Positions 25,687-39,602 of a DNA stretch of 64,000 bases are shown piece after piece. Position 1 is the stretch's first letter. Every line of letters starts with the position of its first letter. The translations under genes were made by a program, and so were the position numbers. The DNA is from Eledone cirrhosa (lineage: Eukaryota), in the NCBI GenBank assembly GCA_964016885.1, contig OZ024742.1, positions 37,820,001 to 37,884,000 of the forward strand. The letters are read 5' to 3'. Below the pieces are notes generated by a model. The model made no database searches. It saw only the letters and a program-made list of their open reading frames with translations, and was not told where the DNA came from.

Positions 25687-28289
25687 GTTACGGTTCAAGA
25701 AATGAAGAAGGAGTGAGACTTCTTGAATTTTGTGATGCGAGTACATTGACTATTTGCAACACAAACTTCCAGAAACCTGCCAATCACCTAATAACCTACA
25801 AATCTGGTGAGCACATAAGCCAGATTGACTTCCTGCTAGTTAGGCAGCGGGACAGGCAGATAGTGTCTAATACCAAGGCATACCCTGGGGAAGAATGTAC
25901 CCCACAGCATAGGTTAGTTGTTAGTGATATCTCAGTAAGCAAGAGATGGAATGAGACATATAGGAAGGTGTGGAGAAGAAAGGTCTGGAAGCTAAAAGAC
26001 CTTTCACTAAAATACAAATTTAGGAAAGCCCTTCAAGATGTATATGACGAAAAAAAAGAAGACGATTTAGAGACGTATGACATAGATAATAACAGGAAGT
26101 TCTTACGTGACAACTTGCTGCAGGCTACTGATGAAACCTGTGGCTGGAGCAGATCTCCAACCAGACAGAGAGTGACCTGGTGGTGGAACAGCACAGTAGA
26201 TAAGGCTATTAGAGACAAAAGACTAGCATGGAAGGCTTGGAAAAAGGGTGGGAGTAGGGAAGAATATACAGCCACTAAGAGAGAAGCTAGATGTCAGATG
26301 TACTTAGCACGCAGGGAGGCAGAGAGTAGAAGGTTTGCCAATGTTCTGCGACGGGAAGATCGGAGGCGTGTGGTGTTCCACATTGCAAGGCAGTGTGTCA
26401 ATGCAAATCAGGATGTTGTTGGAGATAAATGTGTCCGGGATGATGCCGGTGTACTTAGTGTCACGAATGATCAGAAAAAGGAGGCCTGGAAATGTCATTA
26501 TGAGAGACTGATGAATGTGGAGAACGAATGGGAGAGAGAGAAATTACCCTTGGTAGATCCGACAGAGGGACCAGCTATTGAGATTGACGAATATAGGGTC
26601 CAAGAGGCGATTAGGGAAATGAAAAATAGTAAGGCGGCCGGACCATCGGGAATAGTTGCTGAGATGCTGAAGGCATCAGGGGACCTAGGCACTAAACTGG
26701 TTGCACGCATCATCAATCAGGCTATATATGGTGGTGTCATACCCAAAGACTGGTGCAGCAGTATTCTCATAAATTGCTACAAAGGTAAAGGGGATGCTTT
26801 GGAGAGGAGCAATTATAGGGGTATAAAACTGATAGATCAGGTTATGAAAGTGGCAGAAAGGATTTTAGCACAACTAATTAGAGAAAGGGTCAAACTAGAT
26901 GAAATGCAGTTTGGTTTTGTGCCTGGGAAGAGTACAACAGATGCCCTCTTCTTGGTGAGACAAATGCAAGAGAGGTTCTTAGAGAAGAATAAGTCACTAT
27001 ACTTAGCCTTTGTTGACCTAGAGAAGGCCTTTGATAGGGTACCCCGATCTGTCATCTGGTGGTCCCTAAGGAAGCTAGGTGTTGAGGAATGGCTTGTGAG
27101 GACAGTGCAAACTTTGTACAGAGGTACTCTCAGTAAAGTCAGGGTAGGAATGGAGTTTAGTGAGGAATTCCAGATAAAAGTAGGAGTACATCAGGGTTCG
27201 GTCCTCAGCCCGCTCTTGTTCATTATAGTCCTCCAAGCCATAACAGAGGAGTTTAAGACTGGCTGTCCATGGGAACTTCTCTATGCTGATGATCTGGTTC
27301 TTATAGCAGAATCAGTAGAGGAGATGGAGAATAAATTCTGGCTATGGAAACAGCAGTTGGAAGCAAGAGGACTGAGAGTGAATCTAGCTAAGACAAAAGT
27401 GTTGATGAGTAGAAAAGAGGACAAAACCCTGATTCCGTCAGGGAAATGGCCATGTTCGATATGCAGAAAAGGAACTGGCATAAATTCTATAAAATGCACA
27501 CAATGCAGATCCTGGGTATACAAGAGATGTAGCGGGATAGCAGACAAACTAACAGGTAGGGAGAAATATGTATGCAGTAGATGTACAGGGAAATTAGACA
27601 GTAGAAGTCGCACTGATAGACACATTTTTCAAATGCAAGAGGGCGCCATAGAAGTGGTGGATAGCTTCCGGTACTTAGGAGATCAGATTAGCATGGGAGG
27701 AGGGTGTTCTGGGGCCATACTATCTAGAATAAGGACGGGTTGGAAGAAGTTTAGGGAGCTGCTTCCTCTGTTGACGAAGAAGGGTTTCTCCCTGCGTACG
27801 AAAGGCCGGTTGTATGATGCCTGTGTGAGGAGCGCGATGCTGCATGGTAGCGAGACATGGGCAGCAACTGCAGAGGATATGCGACGGCTGGAGAGAAATG
27901 AGGCAAGCATGCTCCGTTGGATGTGCAGTGTAAATGTGCGTGAACGACTCAGCATAAATGTGTTGAGAGAGAAACTGTGTCTGAGAGGGATAGAATGTAG
28001 TGTACGGGAGAGGAGACTGAGGTGGTATGGACATGTGATGCGCATGGAGGATGACCGATGGGTGAAGAAGTGCCAGGAAATGCCAGTTGAAGGAAGACGT
28101 GGTAGAAGTAGACCACGAAAAACATGGGCGAGGTGGTGAGAACAGACCTCAGATCATTGAAGCTCACGGTGGAGATGACGAGGGACCGTGACGAGTGGAG
28201 AGATGCTGTGCTGAATAAGACCCGTCCCACCCTTGCAAGCAGGGAAAAGCGGACGTAAAATGATGATGATGATGATGATGATGATGATG
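25687..28289 (+). mobile_element. RTE-clade LINE family B, 2.6 kb, 5'-truncated, with an 808-aa ORF (end of endonuclease, RT, PHD-like finger)
   Basis: ORF 25713..28139 has SQIDFLL, QHRLVV, NYRGIKL, QFGF, DLEKAFD, QGSVLSP, YADD and YLG. A 1-bp deletion near the C-terminus is seen relative to the 18833-19792 copy. (ATG)n tail at 28260-28289. Confidence 0.96.
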
Positions 28290-30806
28290 TGCTGATAGAA
28301 GTGACACACAGAGGAGATATAACATGAAGTAGCTGTTATACTAGTAGAAAGCTAGTGAGTGTTAGCATATCTACTGGGCAAACAACTTACCCAATTTTTC
28401 CCCAAAAGAGTAGAGAGCACTCTTTAGCTGTATAAAAGATAATGACAATCTCTAATATTGGTGTTACAATAAAATGTACCAATTACACTCTATAAAGTGG
28501 TTGGTGTCAGGAAGAACATCCAGCTATCAAACAATGTAAAAACTGAGATGCATGTAAGAGAGATATGACCTATGGTCCACCTAGGAGGACAGTAACTCCA
28601 ATTAAGTACTGACTTTGTCTGTAATCAGCATGAAAAAAATGGATGTAAAATGATGATCTTTGTGTCTGTATGTATGTTATCAGTCATAGTATATGGGATG
28701 TACATACAATATGCAAATGGCTTTCAGTTTAGTCTTGAAATATTTTTGGTTCTAAGGAGACCAGTTTTTGATGCAACATTCATCATCATCTTGACTGCTC
28801 TCCATGGTGACAGTGTTGAGTGGATTGTCATGGTCAAAGACTAGATAAATTAGAGAGACCTCATCTTACTCATATGTTCCATATAAGGCAAGGATTTTAC
28901 AACAGGATGCTCTTCCTATTGCCCAATTGCTAACCATTCCAACCAGCATTGAACATGAAAAATAGATGAGGGGCACTATACAAAATTACTTTTTGACATT
29001 ACTGATTCCCTCAGGTTAACCAATGTCTTCCAAGTGAAATTTGGTAGGCAGAATCTGTGTAGAAGTCTGTCATATATATATGTGTGAGATATGTCTGTGT
29101 TTATGTTTACTGTTTATGTCCCATAACGTAGTGGTTCAACAAAGATATCTATAAAATAACTACCAAAATTAAAAGAAAAAAAAGCAGAGGTCAATATGAG
29201 TGACTAAATCCCTTTAAGGCACCAGCATGGCCACATCACTGAAACTAGTAGAAGAGTATATGCCAATCCAATCCAGGCCTCCTTACTCCTATTGGAGGAG
29301 CTCCTCCCTGGTTCACCTCCACCACTTTCTTTGGTTTTGGTCATGTGCGGGGTGTAGCCGTCTCACCACAATTGGCCAATTTCAGGTTAGTGAGGCTATT
29401 TAACCCATAGTTGGGGTGAATGGCAGTTGACTCTGAGGAGTTCATCTGTCTTTTTAACAGCTCTTTATAGGATAAATTAGTTTTATTATCCAGTTTTCAG
29501 ATTTTCTCAGCCCACCCCTATTAACTGTCACAATGATGATATGGAGTTTTAACATATACCTTGTCCTATCTAACTTTCAATTTTTGAGTCTTACAGTTTT
29601 ACACTTAAATTTCCAGTCTGTCTGACAAAGGTGTTCACCTTTATCACTATCTGTCATTCATAACCCTTTTGATTTCCAATCTGATTGAGATGGACTCTAG
29701 CTCTATGATATTTAGGTTTAAATTAAAACATTCCATCATAAGTATTTTGAGGATTTCGGTTAGAAGACGTATAACCATGTGATTAAGACTCAGAATTATA
29801 AATTCATGGGTTTGATTGTTCTTGAGCAAGATTCTTCCTTTCAAGTTGCTCCAGTTCACTCAGCTGAAATAGTATGAGCACCAATAGCTGCTGGGGGTTA
29901 ACTAGTGTCTGATATGAGAGAGACTTTTTACAATAGGGCTGGGTCTCCTATTATTAAGACTCTCAAGAAACCTATATGATGCAACCTTGTAGGAAGTCAG
30001 CTGAAACTACATAGGAGTAGGTTTGGGTTGTGGTGGTGTACCCTTTTAAAGAGAAATAATTTACAGCACATCTGGTATGCAATATTCAAAAAGAAGAAAA
30101 AATCAGTACCTTTGACTTAATAGGTACAGAACTACTCAGCAAGAGGCCATAAATGCAAACCCTGTCAAAAGCAATATATTTTACTTCTAGCTCATGTGCA
30201 TTGTTTCTTATTGTTAGTACTAAAGTTAATGTATCATACAAATATTTGTTTGTAATATAGTTTGATGCTGAAGGCACAGTTGTATATGTAACCTTTACAC
30301 AAAAGAAATATTACATATAATGAGAAATGTTTGTGAATTGTGAAGTATGTCTCTTGCTAGTGTTTTTGTTTTATATTGCACTAACACTTAGAAACAGTGC
30401 ATGCATATATATATATATATTATAATGCATATGGATTGGTGAGAGAGTGTGTAACCACGCATATATGTGCGTGAAACTTTATACCTGTATGTGGTGGGAA
30501 TTTCATAGTCAGATGCTTAAGTCTTCAGCAATGTAAATGTTTATAAAGTTACAAAAATATGTCTGTGACTGATTATGTATTGAATCACTATTGTTTGTTT
30601 TTTTAATTGTTTAAGAGAAATATTGCTGAAATATTAGAGCTTCATATAATGGCTACAAAATGAAATGAGAGAATTTCAAAAATATTAATAATAATAATAA
30701 AAATATTAATATTGTTTTTAACTAATGAACTGATCTATTTGTTTTTTGTTCCTTACAGTTAATATCCTAATTTCTTTTGTCGCATTTAATAGTAGTAACA
30801 AATCAA

Positions 30807-31035
30807 ACTGGATATATAACTGTTTTATGGAGTAGCCACTGGTTAAACTATTTTACTGTGCAGTCATTGGATATAACTGTTTTTCAGGGTAGTCACAGGT
30901 TATAACTGTTTTACAGGGTAGTTGCTAGATATAACTGTTTTACAGAGTAGTCACTGAGTATAATTGCTATACTGTGTAGCCACTGGATATAACTGTTTTA
31001 CAAGGCAGTCACTGAATATAACTGTTTTACAGGGT
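30807..31035. repeat. Minisatellite, about 29-bp unit, about 8 copies
   Basis: Unit is approximately CACTGGATATAACTGTTTTACAGGGTAGT. Confidence 0.9.
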
Positions 31036-33766
31036 GTGTACAGTTCGCAAAGAAAAATGGTATTCTGCAGTGATGAAAGAAAACATAGAATACTGTTTAT
31101 TTTTCTTTTGTGAGAAAACAGCATCTTTTTTAGCATCTGTATGAACACCTGTTGTCTTTAACTTCATTGTTAATAGTGATAGATATAGGTGAGAGTATGC
31201 AGCGTTATCCTACTTACACTTTTCAGTTTTTCTTGGAAGCACAGCAGGGGAGTGGGAAGAGGAAAGTGTTTTATAGCGTTTACTCCCTCCCATGCTCAAC
31301 CCACCACTAGTTCCTAAAACCCATTTTCATAACAAAATCTGTTGAAATGGTGAGAGAGGGGGCAAGAGCAAGAAGAGCGAGAAAATGGGAGCAAGAAGAG
31401 CGAGAAAATGAGAGCAATAAAACAAGTCAGAAGATTTCAATCTTACATAAGATTGAAAGAAAAAGTATTATTAAGTCAGAGAAAAACAGTTGGCATGTGC
31501 GTGTGTATTTGTAGGGAAAATTTAAAATTAAAATGTTCAAATTATAAGAATTAGTTGGAAATATTTTCAAGGGAATGCATAAATAACACTAATGACAATG
31601 TAATAAGAAAAAAATAAAAATAAAAACTACTGTTTCAATGTAAAATATTCACTCCAGATATTTTACATAGAATTTGAAGTTAGTGAAAATCAGCAAAATA
31701 TTGAATTCGAATATAAGCTGACCCTTATCACCAATTTTTTTTTTGTCACGTATTTCTCGGCTTATATACAAATATATCTCCAAATATAGTTGATCTTGTG
31801 CCGAAAGTCTTATGTACTCATAGGGTGCTAATGATCCGGTTCAAAATGGAAGAGAAAAGCACAATCAATGGGGAAATGGAAGTGCTTTGTAACCAGCAGT
31901 GTATGGGGACATATGATAGTCTGGTTGATCCAAGTATAATATTGTCTAATGTTGTCATGAATGCAATAGAGACAATATAAAAATATCTCAGATACAGATG
32001 TGTGTGAGAGAGAGTCAGACAGAGAGAGAATTATCACATGCCCACTCCTTAGTCTGTCCCCCTCTTTATTTATTTCTGTGTCATTCACTCAAGAGAACAC
32101 AATTATACCAGTGCTATTTTTATAACTATCCTACTAGAAGAAATCACACACACACAAACACAAACACAAACAACACACTTTATCTTTTGAAATAAGAAAT
32201 TCTAGAAATAACCAATTCTAGAAACATTTCTGGAGGTCATACAGAGTTCACATTGAGCAAAGAAAAAGATGAAAATTTATTTTCTTATTGCTTTGCAATA
32301 TTTTTGATATTCTATGTTGCCTATCCCTCCTTAATGTATAAAAACAAAAATAACTGAGTAACAAATACAACAAATATAGAGAGAAGGAGTAGGGAACTGT
32401 TAATGCTCTCCAAATTAAACTCCATCTTGCTTTCCACAATGATATTCAAATTTGTGTGTCATGTTTCCATCTTGATCTTGATCTTTTAATCTCTTTCTTT
32501 AAAAAGGTTTCTTTTCTTATCTTTTTTTCACATTTATATCTATACGACCTGTCCCCCCCCCCACCACCACCACCATCTTAAATAAGGAAAGGACACACTG
32601 GATAATCTACTGTCCTATACACATAGGCCTGCTTTGTAAAGCAACAAGATAGTTAAAATCTATATAATCTATTTTCCCTAAATCAATATTTCCCCTTTGT
32701 ATAAAGGTGGTAAATTAGCAGTCATTAAAGCATTGGATTAAAATGCCTTGTGGTATTTGTTGCAGCCCTCTGCACTTTGAATTCAAATCTTGCTGAGGTC
32801 AGCTTCCCCTTTCATCATATCAAGATTTCTATTATCAATCTTAGGTGGTGGATTTTCATGGAATTGCTAGAATGTTGAACATGATGTTTTGTAATATCTG
32901 TTCTGGTTTTGTAGATTACAGTTCAAATCTCACATCCTGTTACAAGAAAAAAAGTGAGATGATAGGACTAAGGCCCCTATCATTAAAATACCCAAGAAAG
33001 TTCCAATGAAACAGCATTTCATAGATTTATTACAATTTTATAGGAGGCTAGAGTAATATATATAGGTGTGAGCCATAACAGCAATAGAAACAAAGAAAAG
33101 AAAAAGAGCTGATTGTCAGATCAGATCAAGGAAACACTGTTTATATTGTTTTTTTCATGGCTATGTCTGCCTGTAGGTTGGAATTCCTGGTAGATAGAAG
33201 CAGAATGTTAACAAAAATAAATCTTATACATTTTTATCTTAGATTTTCTCTTTAATTGTACACCTTGCACTGCATATAAATACAGTAAAACATATATAAT
33301 ATCTTCTATGTCATGGTATAAACATTTTTCTTTTTATATTAGTCATTTTTTCTTCAGTAGTTATTGTAACCCAGTTAACTAACCTAGAAACTTAGCTTCA
33401 CTTATATGTGTCTCATTGTTGTTTGTTTATTTTTTCTTGACATCTTGCCAAAATCCGTGACATACTAAATTAAACCAAAAAGTACTTTGGTGTGTGTGTG
33501 TGTGTGCACACATGCGTGCTCATCATTTACATCCTCTTTTCCATGCTGATGTGGGTTAGACAGATCATTGCAGACCCAGTCAGAATTTATCAGAACTAAT
33601 GTCCTTTTTGCTCAATACATTCCATTTTAGAGAAAAAAAGAAAAAAAAGAACAAGTGAAAAACTAGAAACACCAGAGACTGCTATATAAACGAGGAAGTT
33701 AGGAAGACACAACTTGGACAACCTGGATATGTAAGAGGCCCAAAGAGAATTAGATTAAGCAGCTAC

Positions 33767-33823
33767 TCAATAGTATCTCAAGAAATGCTAGAAGTGTTCT
33801 AGCATTTCTTGAGATACTATTGA
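33767..33823. repeat. Perfect 27-bp inverted repeat with a 3-nt loop
   Basis: tcaatagtatctcaagaaatgctagaa-gtg-ttctagcatttcttgagatactattga. Confidence 0.95.
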
Positions 33824-34399
33824 AAACAGCTAAAGAAAAATTGATTTTTAAAGATAATGAAAGAAATAAGCAATGTTTGAACATGTAAACATAGTAAACC
33901 CTCAATTAGGCTTTGGACCAGTACTTCCATCATAACTAAAATAATAGTGGCTTAATATTGACCCCTAATGCACCCTGACCATGTCATTATTATGCCTTTC
34001 AGCCTTACAGCTGTGTGCATTCTCTTATATATTATCCTCACTATTTAAACCAACCTTTTCTAAACTCCTCTTTCCATGTTCATGTCACTACTTTATGTGG
34101 AAATATATTCAAATCCTTCTTAAGATCAATAAATTCCAAAAACAAATTCTTCGTAGTCTTTGTAATTCTCCTGTAACTGTCTCACAATAAAAATTGCACC
34201 AGTTGTTCCTTTTCCACCCCGGCACGAATCAAAACTACATTTCATCAATCTTTCCTTTTTACCTTTTTCAATATCTTCATTCCATGCTCCAATCATTTAA
34301 TGGAGGCAGGAGGATCGGCAAACTGAGGATAAGGACCTCTTCCTGATGGAGTGATGATTGCATGTCTGAGATGGAGGCCACAAACCCCTCTGACCCTCC

Positions 34400-35190
34400 C
34401 ACCTGCTATTCTCTCGACCTACAGATCCAGACTATGTCAGCTAGAATCGATGATGAGTAGACGGAGTCTGATTGATGCCCACACAGCACTCTTTCTGTTG
34501 AGAAACTGCTTCTCCCTGCTGAAGCCCTTATCCACCTACCGCAGTACCCCCAGCTACAGCCAAGCGTCTCTTCTCACAAATCTTCACATCTGCATCCAAT
34601 TGACTGCTGAGGAGTTATGCAAAGTCCAATTTGACAACACTGGATGACAGCAGTCCACCTTACCTGTCAAATATCGTTGCCTTGGTCTCCTGTCTCACTG
34701 GCCCTGCCTGCTTTCCTTTCGTTGGTGACCTTTGCCATGTCCTCATCAACAGCATTCTCCTCAATGCAACTGAATCTTCTGTGATCAAAGAGTGTGAGGT
34801 AGCCTACGCAACGTGGAACCAGCTCAGCCTCTGCCCTGTGAACGTCTATCTCCTTCCCCTCTGTAAATGTCCAGTCCTCCCAAAACAAATAAGACGCCAT
34901 CCTTTGCATCATAATTTTAGACGGGCTGGTGTGCCGGCCTGATTAGCACTGTCTGACATGTTTCTGCTTGGCCTCCCAACCCCATGGTTTCATCATTTGC
35001 AACTGCTTGCACATTGGTGTTTACCTGAGGTTCAGCCTCCACATCTGTGAGCCTCACAAATGTTGCTGAAGTACCATTGTGGATATTTTCGGTCTTCACC
35101 CACTGTCATGCTCTTACAGTGCTGGCTGCCTCCCACGCCATGCTGCTCTCAACAAGACCATACAGCATGGCCTGGACTCCCAATCCAGTG
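34400..35190 (+). mobile_element. Second, more decayed CRE-like fragment
   Basis: AHTALFLLRNCFSL..LSTYRSTP and DIFGLHPLSCSYSAGCLPRHAALNKTI match motifs in the 23-24 kb copy. Confidence 0.55.
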
Positions 35191-35519
35191 GAACACAGAC
35201 TTCTTTTACCACCAACATATACATCTCTGTCATTTTCTTCATATCCCAACTTCCTTGCTACCTTTAACATTATCTCCTACAACTCCTGTTATCTCATTCT
35301 TCATTTTTCTTAACCCTTCCATGACCTTATTTCTCATAAAATACAATTGAATCTTTGAAATAATTTTTTAAATAATTAAGAACTTGGAAGGATTTAGTAA
35401 AATACTCTTTTCAAAAGACTTACATAAAATTATGATGGAAGGTTTTAATTAAAATGGACTGTTTCATCACAGACCCAGAGGCAGTTTCAGGCAAGCTGGT
35501 ATTGAAAAGGTTAATGCTT

Positions 35520-36070
35520 CCTTAACTTCTTATTCAGTTATCTCCTCTTCCAGTTCTTCAAGCAGCTTTCTTTTGCTAACTGCTTTGCAATCTTAAATAT
35601 CTCTTGCCATATATTCTCCAAACATTTGCCTCTTGTGCTTTTGCCACTTCTTTCTTTGCAGTCTTTTAGGCTTCCTTTTAATTCTCATGAGCTGCCTCTT
35701 CTGCTACCATACTTCTTACTCTCTGCCATTCTCTGAGGCCTTTTCCTCTTCTTGTCTATCTTCTTTCCAACTCTATCATCTGACCACCATGTTTACAAAT
35801 GTTTTAGTGATCCTCTTGTCCATCCAAAAATATCACCAATGGTTCCTAACAAACTATCTTTCAGTGACTTCCAACCACTCTCAAGTTTATTCATGTCATT
35901 TTCCATTATAGCTTCCATCACTGTCAACTCTTTTAACCTTCAACCGTTGTTGGTATTTTCTCCACTGAGCTATCTTTTCAGCTTCCACCTTCAGGTCACA
36001 GAAAATAGATTGTGCTGTGTAACAACCTCCTCCGAGATAACCTTTCTAGTATCAAGGTTCCTCCTATCTT
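35520..36070 (-). mobile_element. Highly decayed RTE fragment (region between endonuclease and RT)
   Basis: Minus-strand remnants resemble the WW, KEVAKA and IFKIAKQ motifs of the RTE linker. Confidence 0.45.
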
Positions 36071-39000
36071 GTATACATAGTCTTGAAAATGTATTTAATA
36101 AAAACATTTTTTGAGTTCACTAAATTACATAGCTTAAAGATAAAAGTTTACTAAATTACTCCTGCAATTCCTTGGGGTTATTCATTTTATTTTTCATGCA
36201 TTTTTTTTTAAAGACTAAAATTACAAGTTGAAGAAGTAAGAGTGTTTTAAGAAAACTGCTTGCTGACACATGTTATGTTATTGTATTATATAAGTTGAAG
36301 TTTACATTGGAAGTTTTATTTTTTAAGTAGCCATGGAAACAGCTAGCTCTGATAGATCATGTGTCAAAAAGTAAGAGGTTGGGAGAAGTTTTAAATTATA
36401 ACAAACTACAGGACTGGTGGATAAATTGTAATATTTATCTAAATCCAGAAACTAATTAAATATTTTAACTGCCCAAGACCACCTTTGGTTTTATGTCATA
36501 AAACACCTCATGTTAAAAAGTCTATGTTTAAATTAAAACCTTCCATTACAGTTTTGTGTAAGAACCTTTTGTTAATACATGTTCTAAAAACCAACTTAAA
36601 AATGAAAGTTCTTTTTACTAAATCCCTCCAAATTCTTGATTATTTCCAAAACCAATTCATAACAGAGTATGATAAGGTTAAAATGCATATTCTAAAAAAT
36701 GTTTTAATTATTCTGAGAAAGTACACTATTATTCTTTTTTCTTTTCTTTTTTCATTTTATAGCATGATTTTACTCCAGTTACTGCTGTTGTTACATATTA
36801 AGTACTAGAACTATTTATCCCTGAAATTAGATTTTGATGTAGTAAATAAAATAGTTTTGATAACTATTATTGGGTATTATGGCAAAGGTTATGCTCTAAA
36901 TAGTAAAGAATAGAAGCCAATCATCAAATCAAACCAAGGAAAATATGTATCTATCGCTCCTTCTATTGCTGATACTATCTGCCACTCTCAACTCCTGGCA
37001 AAAGGAAACAGGATTTGAACACAGAACACACAGAGCCAAATCAGATCCTCCAAAGCATACTGTCTAACGATAACAATTTTACCAATTCATCGCCCATGAA
37101 CTGGTACTCTACGAACCACAAAAGTTGTGAAAAGTAATGTTGACCTCAGTGGGATTTGAACTCAGAGTGTAAAGAGCTGAAGCAAGACATTTACTCTAAA
37201 TAATGCTGACAAAAAGTGACATTGTCCTGTCATTAATTTCCTAAGACATTCAAATATATGGCAAACTATACAACACCAGTGTATATGACATTAATTGGAG
37301 TTGACAAAGGCACTAGCTTTTTAAATTGATTCTCAATATAACAATTATATATTTATTGAAAAATCACATTGTTACACAATAAAAAGTAATTTAAAACTGA
37401 AAGTGATTAAATTGACTTTACAACATAAGTACATGACTACAAATAGATAAACAGGAAAACAGATTTGTGTACAAAAATAAAAAAAGGATATAGAAACTGA
37501 AGTTAAGTGAAATAATTAGAGTGCAAAAATAGAATAGATAAACTGAGATCAAAAGTAGTAGTGTTTCTAGAACTATCAAAAGCTTTATTTTAGCTTATGG
37601 TTGAATTTTAGAAATGAGATAAACATGTGAGTCTGGTTTATAAATACGGAATATCAGACAATAAAGAAAAGTTCAGTCAAGAGGTCGGTAAAAAAGAAAC
37701 TTATTGTAAAGCTAATGCTATAAACCTTTTAGGATAAGGTTGGGGAAATGTCTGTACACAATGGTGACAGGTCCTAGAACATATACCATTTATATTCTTA
37801 GTTTCTGCTGAGGAGGTGATATTTACCGACAACTGACACTTTGAACATTAACCACATAATATGGCAATTGTAATTAATCAATTGCTTCATTAGTTCATCA
37901 TACAATGTTACTGATTGGCTGAAAACATAACCTCAACATACAAATACACAAAATTTATAAACAAAGAAATAATACAAATTTTAATTGTTATTTTTATAGA
38001 TTAATGAGCAATTTTTATTGATGAGGATAATGAATTTCTTTATCATCATCATCATCATTTTCATCATTTAACACTAGTTTTCCCTGCTAGCAAGGGTTGG
38101 AGGTGTATGCATGTGCATGTGCAATATTCATAATATATTTCATATAGAAACAACTTCTCCAGGATTATAACTACAACATTTGAAATCATCAGGAAAATCC
38201 ATAGTCTAATAACTAACATGTATGAATTAAGTTTTCCCTAGCTTTGTTGTACAAAACAGCTTACAATTTGATGCATAGTGGCTAACAAGTGAACATTAAG
38301 TTATAAATATCAAAGTGATACTCAAAGCTGCAGCTAAATGAAGAACATGTTAAATCTTCACAACAGAGAATGTTTCTTTATTATAGCAATCACTATAAAA
38401 CTAAAAGCATTGACTACGAGAAGCAAGTTACAATGAAGTTAGAAATCGGCATTAACTGACTATTTCATAGGTCATAAGAATATAGGTTACGATAAGTAGT
38501 TTATATAAGTGAAGGAACAGGAGAGACCATTTTTAAGTCTCTTGCTACTTTTTCCTATAAAAATTAATGTAATTTCCTCCAATCTGATTTAGATATAAAT
38601 GTCACTGAAATCGGTTATGAATAGAAGTTGGTCTAATGACCAGATTAATAGAAAAATAAAGTTAGTGATCAAGATATAAGGTTCTGCATTAATATTGAGA
38701 ATAGACAATAAAAAATTAAATATTTAAGTATTAAAATTTAGTGATTCTAATGTAGATATATATTATCAACATATTTTTCTTTTGAAAGTGATTAAAAAAT
38801 GTAAATATTTACAAAGGGTTATTTCCGCCTAATAAATACAATTTCATCCTCATATGAATGACCTATAACAGATATATCTATGAAATATGATTTGTAGTAC
38901 AATACAAACAGAAAACACCTTTATTTAATAGTCTAGTTAACAGCAGGAACCATATTTAAAGTACAGAATCAGAAAAGTATATCAAAAGAGAGCAATGTGT

Positions 39001-39602
39001 CAACTACACAAAAAAAAAAAAAAAAAAACATTGTAGAAACTAAATTTATGCAAACAAAATTTTAATTTTTAAACAAGTTATCAGTTTAACTCATTTAGTG
39101 ATGTTGATGATTCGCACCACAAATAGAAAAAAAAAAAAAATAAATAAATAAAATACATTAGCTGCATCTAATTTTAAAATTAAAAAAAAATATTAATTGA
39201 TGAATATTAATTTTGCTAATAAATCATTTTTAGGTCACTTGTGCTTTATTTGTATACAATAATTTAAAAAACACTAAAAAAATCCAAAATTATTATCTGT
39301 TGTTTAAACGTTTTGATATCAACTCACTCGAAGGCATTCATTTTAAAAGTTTCCTATTTAAGTTAAAATCTTCCTTCATAATTTGATATAGGAATATTTT
39401 GCAAGTCATATTTCAAATACCATCATAATAATGAAATAATTAAAACTGTTTGTAAATCCCTCCAAATTCTTAATTAATTAATTGAAATGGTAATGAAAGG
39501 ATTAATCCCATGTTACCTCTGACTCAACAACTCTATAGCCAAAACTTTTCTAACTATGACCATTCCATTTTCAGATAAATTATCTAATGTGTATTTCCCT
39601 TT

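Noticed and set aside
25713-28139. 808-aa ORF as an active autonomous LINE or domesticated gene
   Set aside because: It lacks the N-terminal half of the endonuclease and an ATG start, and has a C-terminal frameshift and a His-to-Tyr change in the finger; it is a young dead-on-arrival copy.
30807-31035. Regular 29-bp repeats superficially resembling a CRISPR array
   Set aside because: The units are contiguous with no unique spacers, the context is eukaryotic and no cas genes are present; it is a minisatellite.
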